Shown: positions 10,510 through 20,736 of the stretch, piece by piece
How positions within the stretch are numbered: the first letter of the stretch is position 1
How the letters are laid out: every line of letters starts with the position of its first letter
Made by a program: the position numbers and the translations under genes
The notes under the pieces: generated by a model
Databases searched by the model: none
Seen by the model: only the letters and a program-made list of their open reading frames with translations
What the model was told of the DNA's origin: nothing
Origin: Escherichia coli
Lineage (GTDB): Bacteria; Pseudomonadota; Gammaproteobacteria; Enterobacterales; Enterobacteriaceae
Direction: 5' to 3' (one strand)
Assembly (NCBI RefSeq): GCF_001677475.2
Contig: NZ_CP015229.1
DNA length: 64,000 bases

Positions 10510-11172
10510 ATGGAACTTTTGACCCAATTGCTGCAAGCCCTGTGGGCGCAGGATTTTGAAACCCTGGCCAATCCGTCGATGATTGGCATGTTGTATTTTG
10601 TCTTGTTTGTAATTTTGTTCCTTGAAAACGGCTTGCTTCCGGCGGCCTTTTTACCGGGTGACAGTTTACTGGTGTTGGTCGGCGTATTGATTGCGAAAGG
10701 CGCGATGGGCTACCCTCAAACGATTCTGCTGCTGACTGTTGCCGCCAGCCTCGGTTGCTGGGTCAGCTATATTCAGGGGCGATGGCTGGGCAATACCCGC
10801 ACCGTACAAAACTGGCTATCTCATTTACCCGCGCATTATCATCAACGCGCACACCATCTTTTTCATAAACACGGTTTATCGGCGCTGTTAATTGGTCGCT
10901 TTATTGCATTTGTCAGAACACTGCTGCCGACGATTGCCGGATTATCAGGGCTGAATAACGCGCGCTTTCAGTTCTTCAACTGGATGAGCGGTCTGCTGTG
11001 GGTATTGATCCTGACAACTCTGGGTTACATGCTCGGCAAAACGCCGGTATTTTTAAAGTACGAGGACCAGCTGATGTCATGCCTGATGCTGCTCCCGGTG
11101 GTGCTGCTGGTGTTTGGCCTGGCAGGTTCTCTGGTCGTGTTATGGAAAAAGAAATATGGAAATCGGGGGTAA
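10510..11172 (+). CDS. yqjA: DedA-family inner membrane protein YqjA, 220 aa
   Basis: [33 protein letters not shown]...; DedA-like hydrophobic profile. Confidence 0.9.
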   Translation: MELLTQLLQALWAQDFETLANPSMIGMLYFVLFVILFLENGLLPAAFLPGDSLLVLVGVLIAKGAMGYPQTILLLTVAASLGCWVSYIQGRWLGNTRTVQNWLSHLPAHYHQRAHHLFHKHGLSALLIGRFIAFVRTLLPTIAGLSGLNNARFQFFNWMSGLLWVLILTTLGYMLGKTPVFLKYEDQLMSCLMLLPVVLLVFGLAGSLVVLWKKKYGNRG

Positions 11173-11175
11173 GGG

Positions 11176-11559
11176 ATGCAAAAACCTCGCATGTCGCTTC
11201 GTCAGCTAGCCTGGTCCGGCGCTGTTTTACTTCTGGTCGGCACACTGTTGCTGGCCTGGTCCGCGGTTCGCCAGCAAGAGTCTACGCTGGCGATTCGTGC
11301 CGTTCATCAAGGCACAACGATGCCAGACGGTTTTTCAATCTGGCATCACCTTGACGCTCACGGCATTCCTTTCAAAAGTATCACCCCCAAAAATGACACT
11401 CTGTTAATTACCTTTGACTCCAGCGACCAGAGTGCCGCCGCAAAAGCGGTCCTCGACAGAACATTGCCCCATGGCTACATCATTGCACAGCAGGACAATA
11501 ATAGTCAGGCTATGCAGTGGCTGACCCGGTTGCGGGATAACTCTCATCGCTTCGGATAA
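11176..11559 (+). CDS. mzrA: Modulator of EnvZ/OmpR MzrA, 127 aa
   Basis: [34 protein letters not shown]... Confidence 0.9.
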   Translation: MQKPRMSLRQLAWSGAVLLLVGTLLLAWSAVRQQESTLAIRAVHQGTTMPDGFSIWHHLDAHGIPFKSITPKNDTLLITFDSSDQSAAAKAVLDRTLPHGYIIAQQDNNSQAMQWLTRLRDNSHRFG

Positions 11560-11705
11560 CTTCCTGTTATCCGAAACATATCACTGACTTTGGTGATTTC
11601 ACCGTAACTGTCTATGATTAATGAGGCGGTGGTTAACACTACCGCTTCGTTGTCTGGACAATCGTTCCTTTGTAATAGGTCCGAATCACAATGGAAGGTT
11701 CAAGA

Positions 11706-12074
11706 ATGAAATACCGCATCGCTTTAGCTGTTTCTCTTTTTGCTCTTAGTGCCGGTAGTTATGCCACTACCCTGTGTCAGGAAAAGGAGCAAAATATCCT
11801 TAAGGAGATCAGCTATGCCGAAAAACACCAAAACCAGAATCGTATTGACGGTCTGAATAAAGCCCTGAGTGAAGTCCGGGCCAACTGTTCAGATAGCCAG
11901 CTGCGTGCCGATCATCAGAAGAAAATCGCAAAGCAGAAAGATGAGGTGGCGGAACGCCAGCAAGATTTAGCCGAGGCGAAGCAAAAAGGCGATGCCGATA
12001 AGATTGCCAAACGCGAACGGAAACTGGCAGAAGTGCAGGAAGAGCTGAAAAAGCTGGAAGCGCGCGACTACTAA
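11706..12074 (+). CDS. yqjC: Periplasmic DUF1090 protein YqjC, 122 aa
   Basis: ORF 11691..12074; start at MKYRIALAVSLFALSAGSYA (signal peptide); charged coiled-coil-like C-terminus. Confidence 0.88.
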   Translation: MKYRIALAVSLFALSAGSYATTLCQEKEQNILKEISYAEKHQNQNRIDGLNKALSEVRANCSDSQLRADHQKKIAKQKDEVAERQQDLAEAKQKGDADKIAKRERKLAEVQEELKKLEARDY

Positions 12075-12111
12075 CTCACAATAGTCACTACTTACTCACC
12101 TGGAGAAAACT

Positions 12112-12417
12112 ATGTCGAAAGAACACACTACGGAACATCTGCGTGCTGAGTTGAAATCCCTTTCCGATACGCTGGAAGAGGTGCTTAGCTCATCTGGCGA
12201 GAAGTCGAAAGAAGAGTTGAGTAAGATTCGTAGCAAAGCGGAGCAGGCACTGAAACAGAGCCGTTATCGCCTGGGTGAAACCGGTGATGCCATTGCTAAA
12301 CAAACCCGTGTCGCGGCGGCGCGTGCCGATGAGTATGTGCGTGAAAACCCGTGGACGGGCGTGGGCATTGGCGCTGCAATCGGTGTAGTGCTCGGCGTTC
12401 TGCTGTCGCGTCGTTAA
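12112..12417 (+). CDS. yqjD: Ribosome-associated tail-anchored membrane protein YqjD (ElaB family), 101 aa
   Basis: MSKEHTTEHLRAELKSLSDTLEEVL... with C-terminal transmembrane segment. Confidence 0.9.
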   Translation: MSKEHTTEHLRAELKSLSDTLEEVLSSSGEKSKEELSKIRSKAEQALKQSRYRLGETGDAIAKQTRVAAARADEYVRENPWTGVGIGAAIGVVLGVLLSRR

Positions 12418-12419
12418 TT

Positions 12420-12824
12420 ATGGCGGACACTCATCACGCGCAAGGGCCCGGTAAAAGCGTTCTGGGCATCGGGCAGCGAATTGTTTCCATCATGGTTGAA
12501 ATGGTGGAAACACGTCTGCGGCTGGCGGTGGTGGAGCTGGAAGAGGAAAAAGCTAATCTCTTTCAACTTTTACTGATGCTGGGCCTGACGATGCTTTTCG
12601 CTGCATTTGGTCTTATGAGCCTGATGGTGCTAATTATTTGGGCGGTTGATCCGCAATATCGCCTGAATGCGATGATTGCCACCACCGTGGTGTTGCTGCT
12701 ACTGGCACTGATTGGCGGTATCTGGACGTTACGTAAATCGCGTAAATCCACCTTGCTGCGCCATACACGCCATGAGCTGGCAAACGATCGGCAGCTGCTC
12801 GAGGAGGAGTCCCGTGAGCAGTAA
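12420..12824 (+). CDS. yqjE: Inner membrane protein YqjE, 134 aa
   Basis: Start at MADTHHAQGPGKSVLG (ATG 12420) within ORF 12351..12824; two hydrophobic segments. Confidence 0.85.
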   Translation: MADTHHAQGPGKSVLGIGQRIVSIMVEMVETRLRLAVVELEEEKANLFQLLLMLGLTMLFAAFGLMSLMVLIIWAVDPQYRLNAMIATTVVLLLLALIGGIWTLRKSRKSTLLRHTRHELANDRQLLEEESREQ

Positions 12825-13113
12825 AGTCGAACGTGAACGACGTAAGGCGCAACTGCTTAGCCAGATCCAGCAACAACGGCTGGATCTTTCCGCCAGTCGT
12901 CGTGAATGGCTGGAGGCAACAGGCGCTTACGATCGTCGCTGGAATATGCTGCTAAGTCTGCGCTCCTGGGCGCTGGTTGGCAGTAGCGTGATGGCGATCT
13001 GGACGATTCGCCATCCTAATATGCTGGTCCGCTGGGCCAGACGCGGTTTTGGCGTATGGAGCGCCTGGCGTCTGGTTAAAACGACCCTCAAGCAGCAACA
13101 ACTTCGCGGTTAA
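12814..13113 (+). CDS. yqjK: Small protein YqjK, 99 aa (GTG start)
   Basis: VSSKVERERRKAQLLSQIQQQRLDLS...; overlaps the yqjE 3' end by 11 nt. Confidence 0.8.
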   Translation: MSSKVERERRKAQLLSQIQQQRLDLSASRREWLEATGAYDRRWNMLLSLRSWALVGSSVMAIWTIRHPNMLVRWARRGFGVWSAWRLVKTTLKQQQLRG

Positions 13114-13298
13114 CTTCCCTCTGGCCGGAGCCATTCCGGCCTTATCCCTCAAATTTTTTGAAGATTTTTGACAGTTTTCCTTGCTAACAATCATGTTTCA
13201 CCACGTTTATGATTCTCTCCATCGACAGCAACGACGCTAATACCGCGCCCTTGCACAAAAAAACAATCAGCAGCCTGAGTGGCGCAGTGGAGAGTATG

Positions 13299-13691
13299 AT
13301 GAAAAAATTAGAAGATGTTGGTGTACTGGTAGCGCGCATTTTAATGCCGATTCTGTTTATTACCGCAGGCTGGGGAAAAATTACTGGCTACGCGGGTACC
13401 CAACAATATATGGAAGCGATGGGCGTCCCGGGTTTTATGCTGCCGCTGGTGATTCTGCTTGAGTTTGGTGGTGGTCTGGCAATCCTGTTCGGTTTCCTGA
13501 CTCGCACCACAGCCCTGTTTACTGCGGGCTTTACGCTGCTGACGGCATTTTTATTTCACAGCAACTTTGCTGAAGGCGTCAACTCGCTGATGTTCATGAA
13601 AAACCTGACAATTTCTGGCGGATTCCTGCTGCTGGCAATTACCGGTCCGGGCGCGTATAGCATCGACCGCCTGCTGAATAAAAAGTGGTAA
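13299..13691 (+). CDS. yqjF: DoxX-family inner membrane protein YqjF, about 130 aa
   Basis: ORF 13209..13691; start chosen at MKKLEDVGVLVARILMPILFITAGW after a GGAG RBS; exact start uncertain. Confidence 0.8.
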   Translation: MKKLEDVGVLVARILMPILFITAGWGKITGYAGTQQYMEAMGVPGFMLPLVILLEFGGGLAILFGFLTRTTALFTAGFTLLTAFLFHSNFAEGVNSLMFMKNLTISGGFLLLAITGPGAYSIDRLLNKKW

Positions 13692-13717
13692 GCACGCGCT
13701 ATACTTAACGATAAAAA

Positions 13718-13742
13718 ACGAGGAGGAAGCTCCTCGTTTTTG
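13718..13742 (+). terminator. Intrinsic terminator after yqjF
   Basis: acgaggag-gaag-ctcctcgt hairpin followed by ttttt. Confidence 0.7.
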
Positions 13743-13760
13743 CTATTGGAGGAGAGAAAA

Positions 13761-14747
13761 ATGGGTCAACTGATTGACGGCGTCTGGCATGACACCTGGT
13801 ACGATACCAAATCTACCGGCGGTAAATTTCAACGTTCAGCTTCCGCATTTCGTAACTGGCTCACTGCCGATGGCGCTCCTGGCCCCACTGGCACAGGCGG
13901 TTTTATCGCTGAGAAAGATCGTTATCATCTCTATGTTTCACTCGCCTGCCCGTGGGCACACCGCACGCTGATCATGCGTAAACTCAAAGGACTGGAACCG
14001 TTTATTTCCGTTTCCGTAGTGAACCCGCTGATGCTGGAAAACGGCTGGACCTTTGATGACAGTTTTCCGGGAGCAACCGGAGACACGCTCTATCAACATG
14101 AATTTTTGTATCAGCTTTATCTCCACGCCGATCCACACTACAGCGGACGAGTTACTGTTCCCGTGCTGTGGGACAAAAAGAACCACACCATCGTCAGCAA
14201 CGAATCAGCAGAAATCATCCGCATGTTCAATACCGCGTTTGATGCGCTGGGCGCGAAAGCGGGTGATTACTACCCTCCAGCCCTGCAAACAAAAATTGAC
14301 GAACTTAACGGCTGGATTTATGACGCCGTTAACAACGGCGTGTATAAAGCTGGTTTTGCCACCAGCCAGGAAGCTTACGACGAGGCGGTGGCGAAAGTGT
14401 TTGAATCGCTGGCGCGACTGGAGCAGATTTTAGGCCAGCATCGTTACCTGACCGGCAATCAGCTAACCGAAGCCGATATTCGCCTGTGGACTACGCTGGT
14501 CCGTTTTGATCCAGTGTATGTGACCCACTTCAAGTGTGATAAGCACCGCATCAGCGATTACCTGAATCTGTATGGCTTCCTGCGCGATATCTACCAGATG
14601 CCGGGAATTGCCGAAACAGTCAATTTCGATCATATCCGTAATCATTACTTCCGCAGCCATAAGACCATCAACCCTACGGGGATTATTTCAATTGGTCCGT
14701 GGCAGGATCTCGATGAACCGCATGGACGAGATGTTCGCTTCGGTTAA
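13761..14747 (+). CDS. yqjG: Glutathionyl-hydroquinone reductase YqjG (Xi-class GST), 328 aa
   Basis: ORF 13740..14747; start at MGQLIDGVWHDTWYDTKSTGGKFQR; CPWAHR active-site motif present. Confidence 0.92.
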   Translation: MGQLIDGVWHDTWYDTKSTGGKFQRSASAFRNWLTADGAPGPTGTGGFIAEKDRYHLYVSLACPWAHRTLIMRKLKGLEPFISVSVVNPLMLENGWTFDDSFPGATGDTLYQHEFLYQLYLHADPHYSGRVTVPVLWDKKNHTIVSNESAEIIRMFNTAFDALGAKAGDYYPPALQTKIDELNGWIYDAVNNGVYKAGFATSQEAYDEAVAKVFESLARLEQILGQHRYLTGNQLTEADIRLWTTLVRFDPVYVTHFKCDKHRISDYLNLYGFLRDIYQMPGIAETVNFDHIRNHYFRSHKTINPTGIISIGPWQDLDEPHGRDVRFG

Positions 14748-14750
14748 AAA

Positions 14751-14778
14751 AGGCACCTTACGAGGTGCCTCTGATTAT
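14751..14778 (+). terminator. Intrinsic terminator after yqjG
   Basis: Perfect 8 bp stem aggcacct/aggtgcct with tacg loop, then T-rich tract. Confidence 0.55.
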
Positions 14779-14794
14779 TAGCTAAGTGCATGTT

Positions 14795-14889
14795 GGATGC
14801 GGCGTGAACGCCTTATTCAACCCACAAAACTTTTTATATTCAATATGTTGCAAGGACAGCGTAAGCCAGATAAGCGTAGTGCATCTGGC
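14795..14889. repeat. REP-like palindromic units
   Basis: gatgcggcgtgaacgccttattcaa and gccagataagcgtagtgcatctggc resemble E. coli REP consensus. Confidence 0.55.
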
Positions 14890-15030
14890 AATTTTGCACT
14901 TGTCATCAGTTTTAGCGCGCCTTCAAAGCACCTTATTAATTCATTGAACGAATATTTACTGCCATTTCATTCACGTCTATTCTTAATTTGCTGCTTTAAA
15001 AACAAGTGATTGAGCAAAATTGAGGCGAAA

Positions 15031-15396
15031 ATGGACTGGTATCTGAAAGTACTAAAAAATTATGTCGGTTTCCGGGGTCGTGCGCGGCGCAAAGAGTACT
15101 GGATGTTTATTCTGGTCAACATCATCTTCACGTTCGTGCTGGGGCTACTGGATAAAATGTTAGGCTGGCAACGCGCAGGTGGCGAAGGCATCCTGACGAC
15201 AATCTACGGTATTCTGGTGTTTTTACCGTGGTGGGCGGTTCAGTTCCGCCGCCTGCACGACACCGACCGCTCGGCGTGGTGGGCACTGCTATTCTTAATC
15301 CCGTTTATCGGCTGGCTTATTATCATCGTCTTTAACTGCCAGGCGGGTACGCCAGGCGAAAACCGCTTTGGACCAGATCCAAAACTGGAACCTTAA
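15031..15396 (+). CDS. yhaH: DUF805 inner membrane protein YhaH, 121 aa
   Basis: MDWYLKVLKNYVGFRGRARRKEYWMF... Confidence 0.88.
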   Translation: MDWYLKVLKNYVGFRGRARRKEYWMFILVNIIFTFVLGLLDKMLGWQRAGGEGILTTIYGILVFLPWWAVQFRRLHDTDRSAWWALLFLIPFIGWLIIIVFNCQAGTPGENRFGPDPKLEP

Positions 15397-15409
15397 AACA
15401 AATCTGCTC

Positions 15410-15437
15410 GCCGGATGTCTGACTCATCCGGCTTTTA
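15410..15437 (+). terminator. Intrinsic terminator after yhaH
   Basis: gccggatg...catccggc hairpin followed by tttt. Confidence 0.75.
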
Positions 15438-15637
15438 TCATTATGTTGATGAATGAATAATTTACTAATGTTTATTTAAAATATTTCAATGTCGTTATAT
15501 AAATTACCTATAAAAAATAACCATGTATTTATCTTAAATATCAAAACCTTTATAACATCCGAAAAAGAAAGATACGAATAGCATTTACACAATACCCGGA
15601 ATAGACTTTCGTCACTTTTAATTAAAGGGATGTTTTT

Positions 15638-15994
15638 ATGCAGTGGTATTTATCCGTATTAAAAAATTATGTTGGTTTCTCTGGTCGCGCACGTCGTAAA
15701 GAGTACTGGATGTTTACTCTGATTAACGCCATCGTCGGCGCTATTATCAATGTCATTCAATTGATTTTAGGTTTAGAGTTTCCATTCCTTTCTCTCATTT
15801 ACCTGGCAGCAACAATCATTCCGATCATTGCTCTGTGCGTTCGTCGTCTGCACGATACTGACCGTTCAGGTGCGTGGGCGCTTCTCTATCTGGTACCGAT
15901 CATTGGCTGGTTAGTTCTGTTTGTATTTGCCTGTTTAGAAGGCAATTCTGGCAGCAATCGTTACGGAAACGATCCGAAGTTTGGTTCAAATTAA
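15638..15994 (+). CDS. yhaI: DUF805 inner membrane protein YhaI, 118 aa (paralog of yhaH)
   Basis: MQWYLSVLKNYVGFSGRARRKEYWMF...; same fold signature as YhaH but in an AT-rich context. Confidence 0.88.
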   Translation: MQWYLSVLKNYVGFSGRARRKEYWMFTLINAIVGAIINVIQLILGLEFPFLSLIYLAATIIPIIALCVRRLHDTDRSGAWALLYLVPIIGWLVLFVFACLEGNSGSNRYGNDPKFGSN

Positions 15995-16004
15995 TCTTAG
16001 AATT

Positions 16005-16027
16005 GGGGCGATATTTCGCCCCTTTTT
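16005..16027. terminator. Bidirectional intrinsic terminator between yhaI and yhaJ
   Basis: ggggcgatatttcgcccc hairpin flanked by A/T runs. Confidence 0.75.
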
Positions 16028-16044
16028 ATTAACAATAACAAATA

Positions 16045-16941
16045 TTATTTTCCGCTAAAAAGTTTGGGAATTTCCCGCAGACACCAGGATTTCGCTTCCC
16101 CCATACTGTCACGACGCCAGGCCATAATAATATCGATCTCGCTGGTCGATTCCGGGCTGACGACACGCAACCGCCCTTCCGCAATATCTTTTTCGACCAT
16201 CGGATACGGCATCGTCGCCACGCCAAGCCCCGCCAGTAATGCCTGACGTTTATCTTCAATCGTGCTCACCGTTAAGCGCGGCTGTTTGTCCAGCAGCTGT
16301 ACGGTCAACACCGGGCGCTCACGCGCGGTATCCGCTACCGCAATTCCACGATATTTCACGCGCGTCACTTCAGATAACGGTTCCGGCTCCTGATGAATCG
16401 GGTGATCAGGCGCGGCAACGTAGACGTTCATTAAGGTATAGAGCTTTCGCGAGTTGATCTCCGACGAGGAACGAAAATGCATATCCGGCGCGATAACGAT
16501 ATCCGCCCGCCCCTGCTCCAGTCGTTCCCACGCCCCCGCCAGCACTTCGGTGATGATTGCCAGTTGGGTATTGGCTTTTGCCGCCAGTTTGTCAATTAAC
16601 GGGAAAAAGGCAGGTGTCGGTACCAGCGCTTCGGTCACAATGGTGAGATGCGTTTCCCAACCGCGTGCGAGAGCTTCCGCATCGGTAGTCAGTTTATCTG
16701 CGGCTTCCAGCAAAACGCGCCCTCGCTCCAGCAACATCCTCCCGACATTGGTGAATTTGGTGCGATGGCCCGAGCGGTCAAACAGCACCACATCCAGCTC
16801 TTCTTCCAGTTTTTGCATGGTGTAGCTAAGTGCTGAAGGCACGCGTCCCAGCTCATCCGCCGCCGCCGCAAAACTGCCCCGGCGATCGATCGCATCCATA
16901 ACCCGTAGTGCTTCCAGCGTTAATGCCCTTTCTTTGGCCAT
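16045..16941 (-). CDS. yhaJ: LysR-family transcriptional regulator YhaJ, 298 aa
   Basis: MAKERALTLEALRVMDAIDRRGSFAAAADELGRVPSALSYTMQKLEEEL (HTH); divergent from yhaK. Confidence 0.9.
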   Translation of the reverse strand: MAKERALTLEALRVMDAIDRRGSFAAAADELGRVPSALSYTMQKLEEELDVVLFDRSGHRTKFTNVGRMLLERGRVLLEAADKLTTDAEALARGWETHLTIVTEALVPTPAFFPLIDKLAAKANTQLAIITEVLAGAWERLEQGRADIVIAPDMHFRSSSEINSRKLYTLMNVYVAAPDHPIHQEPEPLSEVTRVKYRGIAVADTARERPVLTVQLLDKQPRLTVSTIEDKRQALLAGLGVATMPYPMVEKDIAEGRLRVVSPESTSEIDIIMAWRRDSMGEAKSWCLREIPKLFSGK

Positions 16942-17045
16942 TTCGTTCTCATTCAGGAAATTTGAACATACCGGGCAGAATATCTGGCTAACAATGTAGC
17001 GTCCAGCCCCTTACCATAAAAGGAAGTAAAGAGAGGTCAAGAATT

Positions 17046-17747
17046 ATGATTACTACCCGAACTGCCAGGCAGTGTGGACAAGCAGACTACGGATGGTTGC
17101 AGGCCCGGTATACTTTTTCCTTTGGACACTACTTCGACCCGAAATTGTTAGGCTATGCCTCCCTGCGCGTGCTTAACCAGGAAGTGCTGGCCCCAAGTGC
17201 CGCCTTTCAGCCGCGAACCTATCCCAAAGTCGATATTTTAAATGTGATTCTGGATGGAGAAGCTGAGTATCGCGACAGCGAAGGCAATCATGTTCAGGCC
17301 TGCGCTGGTGAGGTGTTGCTGCTCTCTACCCAGCCGGGTGTCAGCTATAGCGAACACAATCTCAGCAAAGACAAACCGTTAACGCGAATGCAGCTTTGGC
17401 TGGATGCCTGCCCGCAGCGAGAGAATCCGCTGATTCGAAAGCTGGCGCTTAATATGGACAAGCAGCAATTAATCGCCTCGCCAGAGGGTGCGATGGGAAG
17501 CCTGCAATTGCGCCAGCAAGTATGGCTGCATCATATTGTGCTCGACAAAGGCGAAAGTGCGAATTTCCAGTTGCATGGACCACGCGCGTATTTGCAATCG
17601 ATTCACGGGAAATTTCATGCACTTACGCATCATGAAGAGAAAGCGGCGCTGACCTGCGGTGATGGGGCGTTTATTCGTGACGAGGCTAACATTACGCTGG
17701 TTGCCGATTCCCCACTGCGCGCTTTGCTGATAGATTTGCCTGTCTAG
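17046..17747 (+). CDS. yhaK: Pirin-like bicupin protein YhaK, 233 aa
   Basis: MITTRTARQCGQADYGWLQARYTFSFGHYFDPKLLGYASLRVLNQ... Confidence 0.9.
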   Translation: MITTRTARQCGQADYGWLQARYTFSFGHYFDPKLLGYASLRVLNQEVLAPSAAFQPRTYPKVDILNVILDGEAEYRDSEGNHVQACAGEVLLLSTQPGVSYSEHNLSKDKPLTRMQLWLDACPQRENPLIRKLALNMDKQQLIASPEGAMGSLQLRQQVWLHHIVLDKGESANFQLHGPRAYLQSIHGKFHALTHHEEKAALTCGDGAFIRDEANITLVADSPLRALLIDLPV

Positions 17748-17769
17748 TTGTTTTTACAGGGAGATGATG

Positions 17770-17934
17770 ATGAGTAAAAAATCGGCCAAAAAGCGTCAGC
17801 CAGTGAAGCCCGTGGTGGCGAAAGAACCTGCTCGCACCGCCAATAATTTTGGCTATGAAGAGATGTTGAGCGAGCTGGAAGCCATCGTCGCGGATGCTGA
17901 AACGCGTTTAGCCGAGGATGAAGCTACCGCGTAA
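17770..17934 (+). CDS. yhaL: Small protein YhaL, 54 aa
   Basis: MSKKSAKKRQPVKPVVAKEPARTANNFGYEEMLSELEAIVADAETRLAEDEATA; below the ORF-track size cut-off, found by manual reading. Confidence 0.7.
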   Translation: MSKKSAKKRQPVKPVVAKEPARTANNFGYEEMLSELEAIVADAETRLAEDEATA

Positions 17935-17939
17935 AGACA

Positions 17940-18060
<121 letters not shown>

Positions 18061-18066
18061 TGGCGT

Positions 18067-19377
18067 TTATCTGGCCTTGCTCGCCATAATCTCGATAATC
18101 TGCCGATCCGTTTGCTGCATCGAATGGCTTGCTAACGCACACAGGTTGGCAATCGACTGCTCAACATCATGCGCCACAATCCCTTCATTGCCGGTCACGG
18201 CGGTATCATCCAGCGCCATTAACACCGCTTTCCACGCAGCCGAAGCACTGGTCGAAACCTTCATCGCGCAGCTGTTCGACGCTCCATCGCAAATCATGCC
18301 GCTGACATCGCCGATCATACTGCTGATCGCCATCGAGATGGTTTCATAACGCCCATCCACCAGCCATGCCATCCCGGCGGCGGCCCCCATTGCTGCGGTC
18401 GTTGCGGCACACAGCGCAGACAAACGCGGTAACTGGTTATGGATGTAAATCGCGCTCAAATGCGAAAGCATCAGCGCACGCGCCAACCTTTCATTATCGG
18501 CCCCGAAGTGTTCTGCTACCACCACCACGGGCATTGTTGCGGTGATCCCCTGGTTACCCGAGCCGGAGTTACTCATTGCCGGAAGCGTAGCGCCGCCCAT
18601 ACGCGCATCGGATGCCGCGCTGGTACGAATCACAATGGATGAAGAGAGATCTTTCGCCAGCAAACCGCGCGCGCACTGTTTTTCCAGCGTCGCACCAATA
18701 TGCAGCCCCCAGTTACCACTCAAACCTTCCTGCGATAACGCGCAATTTAGCTTCGCGGAATCGAGAATAAAGCGGATCGCCGCAAACGGGACTTCATTGA
18801 CGAACTTCAGGATCTCAGCCAGCGTCGTTCTGGAAAGCACCGATAGCGGAGACTCTTGCTCGCCCTCTGCCACACACGCCTGCTGGGTAAACACCACACC
18901 ATTGTGCGTCTCAATATGCACAATGTTGGTATGCCCGCCGACGATTGTGACACACGCCCACTTCTCACCGTTCCAGACTTTGGCGCGTGAGAAGAGGATT
19001 TCATCGCAAGGTTCCTGGATCTTAACTGAGACTTTCCCCGCCGCCAGCAGTGCTTTGGCATCGGCAATTGCCTGCGCTGTTGCGTCTTTCAGCACTTCCA
19101 GCCCGGCGTTAGCATTTCCACCTAACGCCCCCAGCGCCGCCGCAATCGGCAGCCCCACCATTCCCGTGCCGGGAACGGTGACGCCCAGACCGTTCTTCAT
19201 CAGATTTGGCGAAACCCAGGCTTCTACACGTTCAACCGGACCTTCCAGTTCTGCCGCAGCAACCGCCGCCGCCAGCGCCAGTGAAATCGGTTCAGTACAT
19301 CCCAGCGCCGGTTTTACTTCCTCCTGAACGGCGAGGATGTAACGCTGCCATAACGGATTTAAAGTCGAATCAAACAT
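18067..19377 (-). CDS. cyuA: L-cysteine desulfidase CyuA (YhaM), 436 aa
   Basis: [42 protein letters not shown]...; UPF0597 serine-dehydratase-like. Confidence 0.9.
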   Translation of the reverse strand: MFDSTLNPLWQRYILAVQEEVKPALGCTEPISLALAAAVAAAELEGPVERVEAWVSPNLMKNGLGVTVPGTGMVGLPIAAALGALGGNANAGLEVLKDATAQAIADAKALLAAGKVSVKIQEPCDEILFSRAKVWNGEKWACVTIVGGHTNIVHIETHNGVVFTQQACVAEGEQESPLSVLSRTTLAEILKFVNEVPFAAIRFILDSAKLNCALSQEGLSGNWGLHIGATLEKQCARGLLAKDLSSSIVIRTSAASDARMGGATLPAMSNSGSGNQGITATMPVVVVAEHFGADNERLARALMLSHLSAIYIHNQLPRLSALCAATTAAMGAAAGMAWLVDGRYETISMAISSMIGDVSGMICDGASNSCAMKVSTSASAAWKAVLMALDDTAVTGNEGIVAHDVEQSIANLCALASHSMQQTDRQIIEIMASKAR

Positions 19378-19404
19378 ATTAAAAACCTTAAAATTTCAGG
19401 TAAA

Positions 19405-20736
19405 TCAAGAAAATGCCAGGAACGGAGAAACACAAAGCAACAAACCAGTGACGATAATCAGGTACAAAGACATCCCTTTGTATTTGTGCAATGCCGGTAC
19501 TTTGTAAACCAGCCACGCCGGGATCAGGCACCCTACCATGCCGAAAATCGGGCTACAGATAGAGGTGAAGCTCAACACCGGTGCGTTCAGTACGATGGCG
19601 CTCCAGGCCAGCAAAATGGCGAAAATCATGATGCCGCGCTGAACAAGATTTTCGTTAATCTTCTCGGCAGGCATCTTGCGACGCAGGATGTTCATTACGA
19701 TCCCTTGCGTTGCTTCGCGAAAGCCTAAATAGACGCCAAAGAATGCAGTCATGACAGCAAAGATATTGAGAATGACGCTGACCACTTTCACCCACGCTGC
19801 GCCGTCACCGCTAATAAACTGTGCGGCAATCGCCAGCGCGGAAATATTCTGCTCGTAGGCTTTTACCGCTTCGTCATGTCCCATCGCCAGCGTGAACGAC
19901 ACGGCGTAGAAAAAGACGGTGACAAACAAAATGCCAAACGCGATATTCATTGCCCGCAATGCTTTATGCCGCGCCACTTCAATCGATTTTTCCCGCGAGC
20001 GATAAGAGATCACCATCGGGCTTAACGTCTGGATAAACAGAATCGACGTCAGGGTAAACGGCAGCGTAATAATGGCGTTTTTCACCAGCAGCCCCAGCGG
20101 CGGTAGCGAACCGACGTTATACAGATGCCACATTCCCACCATCGACACGCCCAGCGCCGCGACCACCAGCAGCTTGGTCAGCACCATGCCGGTCGAAATT
20201 TTGAATAACAATTTCTCGCCGCGTGAAGAGATCGCCACCAGAATGCAAATCAGTACCAGGCCATAAAAGGGACTGTCTGACAGCAACCCTTCCGTCACGC
20301 CGAAGGTATGCAGGTAGGAAGCACTATCGTTGGTAATGGCGGTGGAATAGACGAACATCCAAATCACCAGCATTACGAAATAGAGTGCACCTAACAGGAT
20401 GCCCCAGTTTTTACCTAAATAACCGCTGATGACGCTCGGGTAATCTTTACATTCTGGTGATTCTGCCAGCGTATTAATAAACAATCGCTGAAACAGATAC
20501 ATTGCCGGGTAACCAATCACCGATGAGAGCAAAAATACCCATAATCCCATCAAACCGACCTGCACCGGGAGAAAAACAATCCCCGCGCCAATCGCCATCC
20601 CGATACTCATAATCACCCAGCCGGTGTCAGTACTGTCGAATTTGATCGCTTCTCGCCACTCGCTCTCACTCATTCCAGCACGACCCGCCGGGGTCGAAGC
20701 GTCTGCAATGACGCCTTTATTCGATGCAATTTCCAT
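19405..20736 (-). CDS. cyuP: Cysteine/serine transporter CyuP (YhaO), 443 aa
   Basis: Multi-span membrane protein MEIASNKGVIADASTPAGRAGMSESEWREAIKFDSTDTGW...; upstream of cyuA in the same orientation. Confidence 0.9.
   Translation of the reverse strand: MEIASNKGVIADASTPAGRAGMSESEWREAIKFDSTDTGWVIMSIGMAIGAGIVFLPVQVGLMGLWVFLLSSVIGYPAMYLFQRLFINTLAESPECKDYPSVISGYLGKNWGILLGALYFVMLVIWMFVYSTAITNDSASYLHTFGVTEGLLSDSPFYGLVLICILVAISSRGEKLLFKISTGMVLTKLLVVAALGVSMVGMWHLYNVGSLPPLGLLVKNAIITLPFTLTSILFIQTLSPMVISYRSREKSIEVARHKALRAMNIAFGILFVTVFFYAVSFTLAMGHDEAVKAYEQNISALAIAAQFISGDGAAWVKVVSVILNIFAVMTAFFGVYLGFREATQGIVMNILRRKMPAEKINENLVQRGIMIFAILLAWSAIVLNAPVLSFTSICSPIFGMVGCLIPAWLVYKVPALHKYKGMSLYLIIVTGLLLCVSPFLAFS

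Noticed and set aside
12351-12824. 157 aa frame extending yqjE upstream into yqjD
   Set aside because: The extension overlaps the yqjD coding sequence out of frame; ATG 12420 gives the expected 134 aa protein.
14797-15009. 70 aa ORF between yqjG and yhaH
   Set aside because: Spans REP-like palindromes and a terminator; no RBS; yhaH has its own start at 15031.
18542-19327. 261 aa plus-strand ORF inside cyuA; similar antisense ORFs in tdcE (22889..23593, 24047..24628), garK (33095..33920), agaS and kbaY
   Set aside because: All are antisense to strongly supported genes and show Ser/Pro/Arg/Ala-rich composition characteristic of shadow frames.
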